A stretch of DNA of 64,000 bases from a bacterium (lineage in GTDB: Bacteria; Patescibacteriota; Saccharimonadia; UBA4664): positions 811,696 through 875,695 of the forward strand of contig CP064960.1 of NCBI GenBank assembly GCA_016699105.1, read 5' to 3'. The notes below the pieces were generated by a model. That model had not been told where the DNA came from, did no database searches, and was given only the letters and a program-made list of their open reading frames with translations. Every line of letters starts with the position of its first letter. The first letter of the stretch is position 1. A program made the position numbers and the translations under genes. Positions 62,194-64,000 of this stretch are shown here, in pieces.

Positions 62194-64000
62194 TTTGCGA
62201 ATTGATCTGCTGTTGCGCAGAGATTATTGGCGTTCTAGATTTCCTGTAAATGATGATTCTTTGCGTGATAAGCGATTCAAGTCGTATACGCCATTCTGCT
62301 GGGTTAAAGTTCTGAGGTAGTTTATCGGCTACGGATTTAGGAATAAAGTTTTTCTTCGTAAGTGCGCTTAACACTGATGAATACACAACAAGACAACCGG
62401 GAAGACTTAGATACGAAATAGGGTTTGAATTCTTGGGGATCGTGAATAGTCGATACCTATACGCAAAATATGTGCCGACGCAAAGTACGACCAGTATCAG
62501 CAGGCTCAAGCTCCATTTGACTGCAAAAACTACGTTCTTCGTTATCCTCAGCTCGGTCTCTTCCACCATCGCCGCGTTAAATCTATATAGTTCCTGTGCC
62601 TGTTTCAATGTTGAAGCAGAATTTCCCAACAGATCTTCAATATCGGATTTCGTACGATTGATCTCGTCCGTCTGATCCTTGGTAGCAGTTTGTATTTTTT
62701 TGCGTTTTTCATGCTCATCAGATACTACTTGAGGTATTATCCTCGTCAAATCAGAATCAGTGACCTTGCCGTGCTCCATATCCGTAAGCAGTAACTTCGT
62801 TTCGTTATTTGAAATCAGATCTGAAATATCGTCTTCACTTATTGTGCCTGCAGACTTCTGCTTTCCAACTTCTCGCAAAAATCTATCCCACGTTGCTTTG
62901 CTCGCTAACAAGTTTGCCTTGCAGCCAGCGATGATGTTATGTATCGGAAGATCAGATGCTGTTTGTGGTTGTTTTAACCAGAGTAAGCTAATTAGAAAGT
63001 CTCTCTTTATTGCCTCGGGGACCGTCTTAGGCTGGTTTATCTTGTGGCCCCAATTCTCGTAATTGTACTGATATAACCTTGAGTCTTGTGTAAGAAAAAT
63101 GGCCGTAGATCGTTCAAGAATACTAACCGATCCGCGTCGTAATTTCCTAATCGAAAACAATGCGCTAATGTCATGCAATAACCCACTTGGACGGGAGTAG
63201 GTTTTATATCCGCTTAATGTTTCAAGTTCGGGTGCGTTTTCGGGGGTAATGGTGGTATCGAAATTGTGATCAATAAGCAGCCCTAATTCCTGGAACTTTC
63301 TATCAAGATTATTAATGATTATCTGTATATCTTGTGCACTTAACCCCAACTTGTTCAGGTAGACGAATAATGAATTGACCGGCGCCTCCGCAGGGTACTC
63401 AGAGCCCCATTGGATAAATGCATTCAATAATCGCGTTACCTCATCTTTAGTGAAGCTAAAGATGTACAGCTCACACCCACTTTGCTGGAGCAATTTTATC
63501 AATTCAACGGCCGCCTTATGTCCTGAGGGATCATCATACCCAAGTAGGCTGATCACAACATTTGTGTCGAGATAAATCTTAAGCCGACTTAATTTCATGT
63601 CAATATTAAAATTGTCACGCTTTAGAATTGTTGTAATAATGCTTCCTAGAACAAGCGACTTAAGTCGTTCAAAATTTTGCGGGTCTTTTTCCTCCGCATA
63701 AACCATAAAATCGACAAACGCTCTTTCAAGTTCAAAGTCTCTACTCAGGCTTTCTTGATGCGATTCGCTTCCATTGCCTTGTAATATCGAAGCGGCAGAA
63801 TCTAGGTTTGCCTTAAGGAAAGCGTTTAGTTGGTCGGTTATCTCTTCTTCAGAATATTTTTGCCCTCAACCATAGCCTCTGCGTAACGTTTTATGTCAAT
63901 AATCAAAGCTTGAGACTCGCGTTCTGATGCTCGCAGTGAAATTTTTATTTCGTCGATCTTTGCCTTACCTTTGGCAGTAGCGTGAATTTGTCCCGAATTC
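62177..64000 (-). CDS. PIN-like domain protein with coiled-coil and TM segments; N-terminus extends beyond the window (1-nt homopolymer frameshift near 63868)
   Basis: LKIYLDTNVVISLL (PIN-type DTN motif); K/E-rich coiled region; TM LLILVVLCVGTYFAY. The frame upstream of MVYAEEK reopens if one A is added to the AAAAA run (…AEAMVEGKKYSEEEITDQLNAFLKANLDS…). Confidence 0.45.

Noticed and set aside
1-64000. Alternative genetic code (UGA=Gly, code 25) as an explanation for the in-frame TGA at 10610
   Set aside because: Multi-kilobase ORFs of 1728 and 2011 codons are free of TGA, and several well-defined genes (the 2622..4211 protein, the 10610 ORF itself) terminate naturally at TGA. The standard bacterial code fits.
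1-64000. CRISPR arrays, rRNA or complete tRNA genes
   Set aside because: No regularly spaced direct repeats and no rRNA- or cloverleaf-compatible sequences were seen on either strand.

Overview
This window reads as a gene-dense stretch of a small-genome, probably uncultivated bacterium. Its features (archaeal-type AspRS, many giant surface proteins, a Gram-positive-style minimal T4SS) suggest a CPR/Patescibacteria-like lineage, but that assignment is an inference, not a sequence result. Contents in order:

1. 1-10.4 kb: a core block (rplA-rplK-nusG-secE, typA, aspS with a candidate T-box leader, VIT, MscS, MIP channel).
2. 10.4-15.4 kb: a cohesin/dockerin surface-protein cluster (mini-cellulosome-like).
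3. 15.4-33.4 kb: a MacB-type ABC pair, two giant secreted proteins (a ~2000-aa Kelch-like repeat protein and a ~1300-aa GH30-like/FN3 protein) and an orphan sensor histidine kinase.
4. 33.7-35.6 kb: an AAA ATPase and a small PLD/HKD nuclease.
5. 35.6-40 kb: an AT-rich island of small membrane-protein and candidate immunity genes.
6. 40-48.1 kb: an ~2700-aa RHS polymorphic toxin with PA14 domains and a PD-(D/E)xK-like C-terminal toxin.
7. 48.3-57 kb: a minimal T4SS cluster (VirB2-like pilin, VirB2/VirB6 fusion, split VirB4, CHAP hydrolase, VirD4-like ATPase) flanked by XRE regulators.
8. 57.2-64 kb: an SRAP peptidase, a Type III R-M system (mod-res) and a PIN-like protein that runs off the window.

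A pervasive caveat: at least ten single-nucleotide indels, all in homopolymer runs, split otherwise continuous genes. They look like sequencing or assembly errors rather than biology, so the pseudogene calls here are provisional. TGA is a normal stop (genetic code 11).
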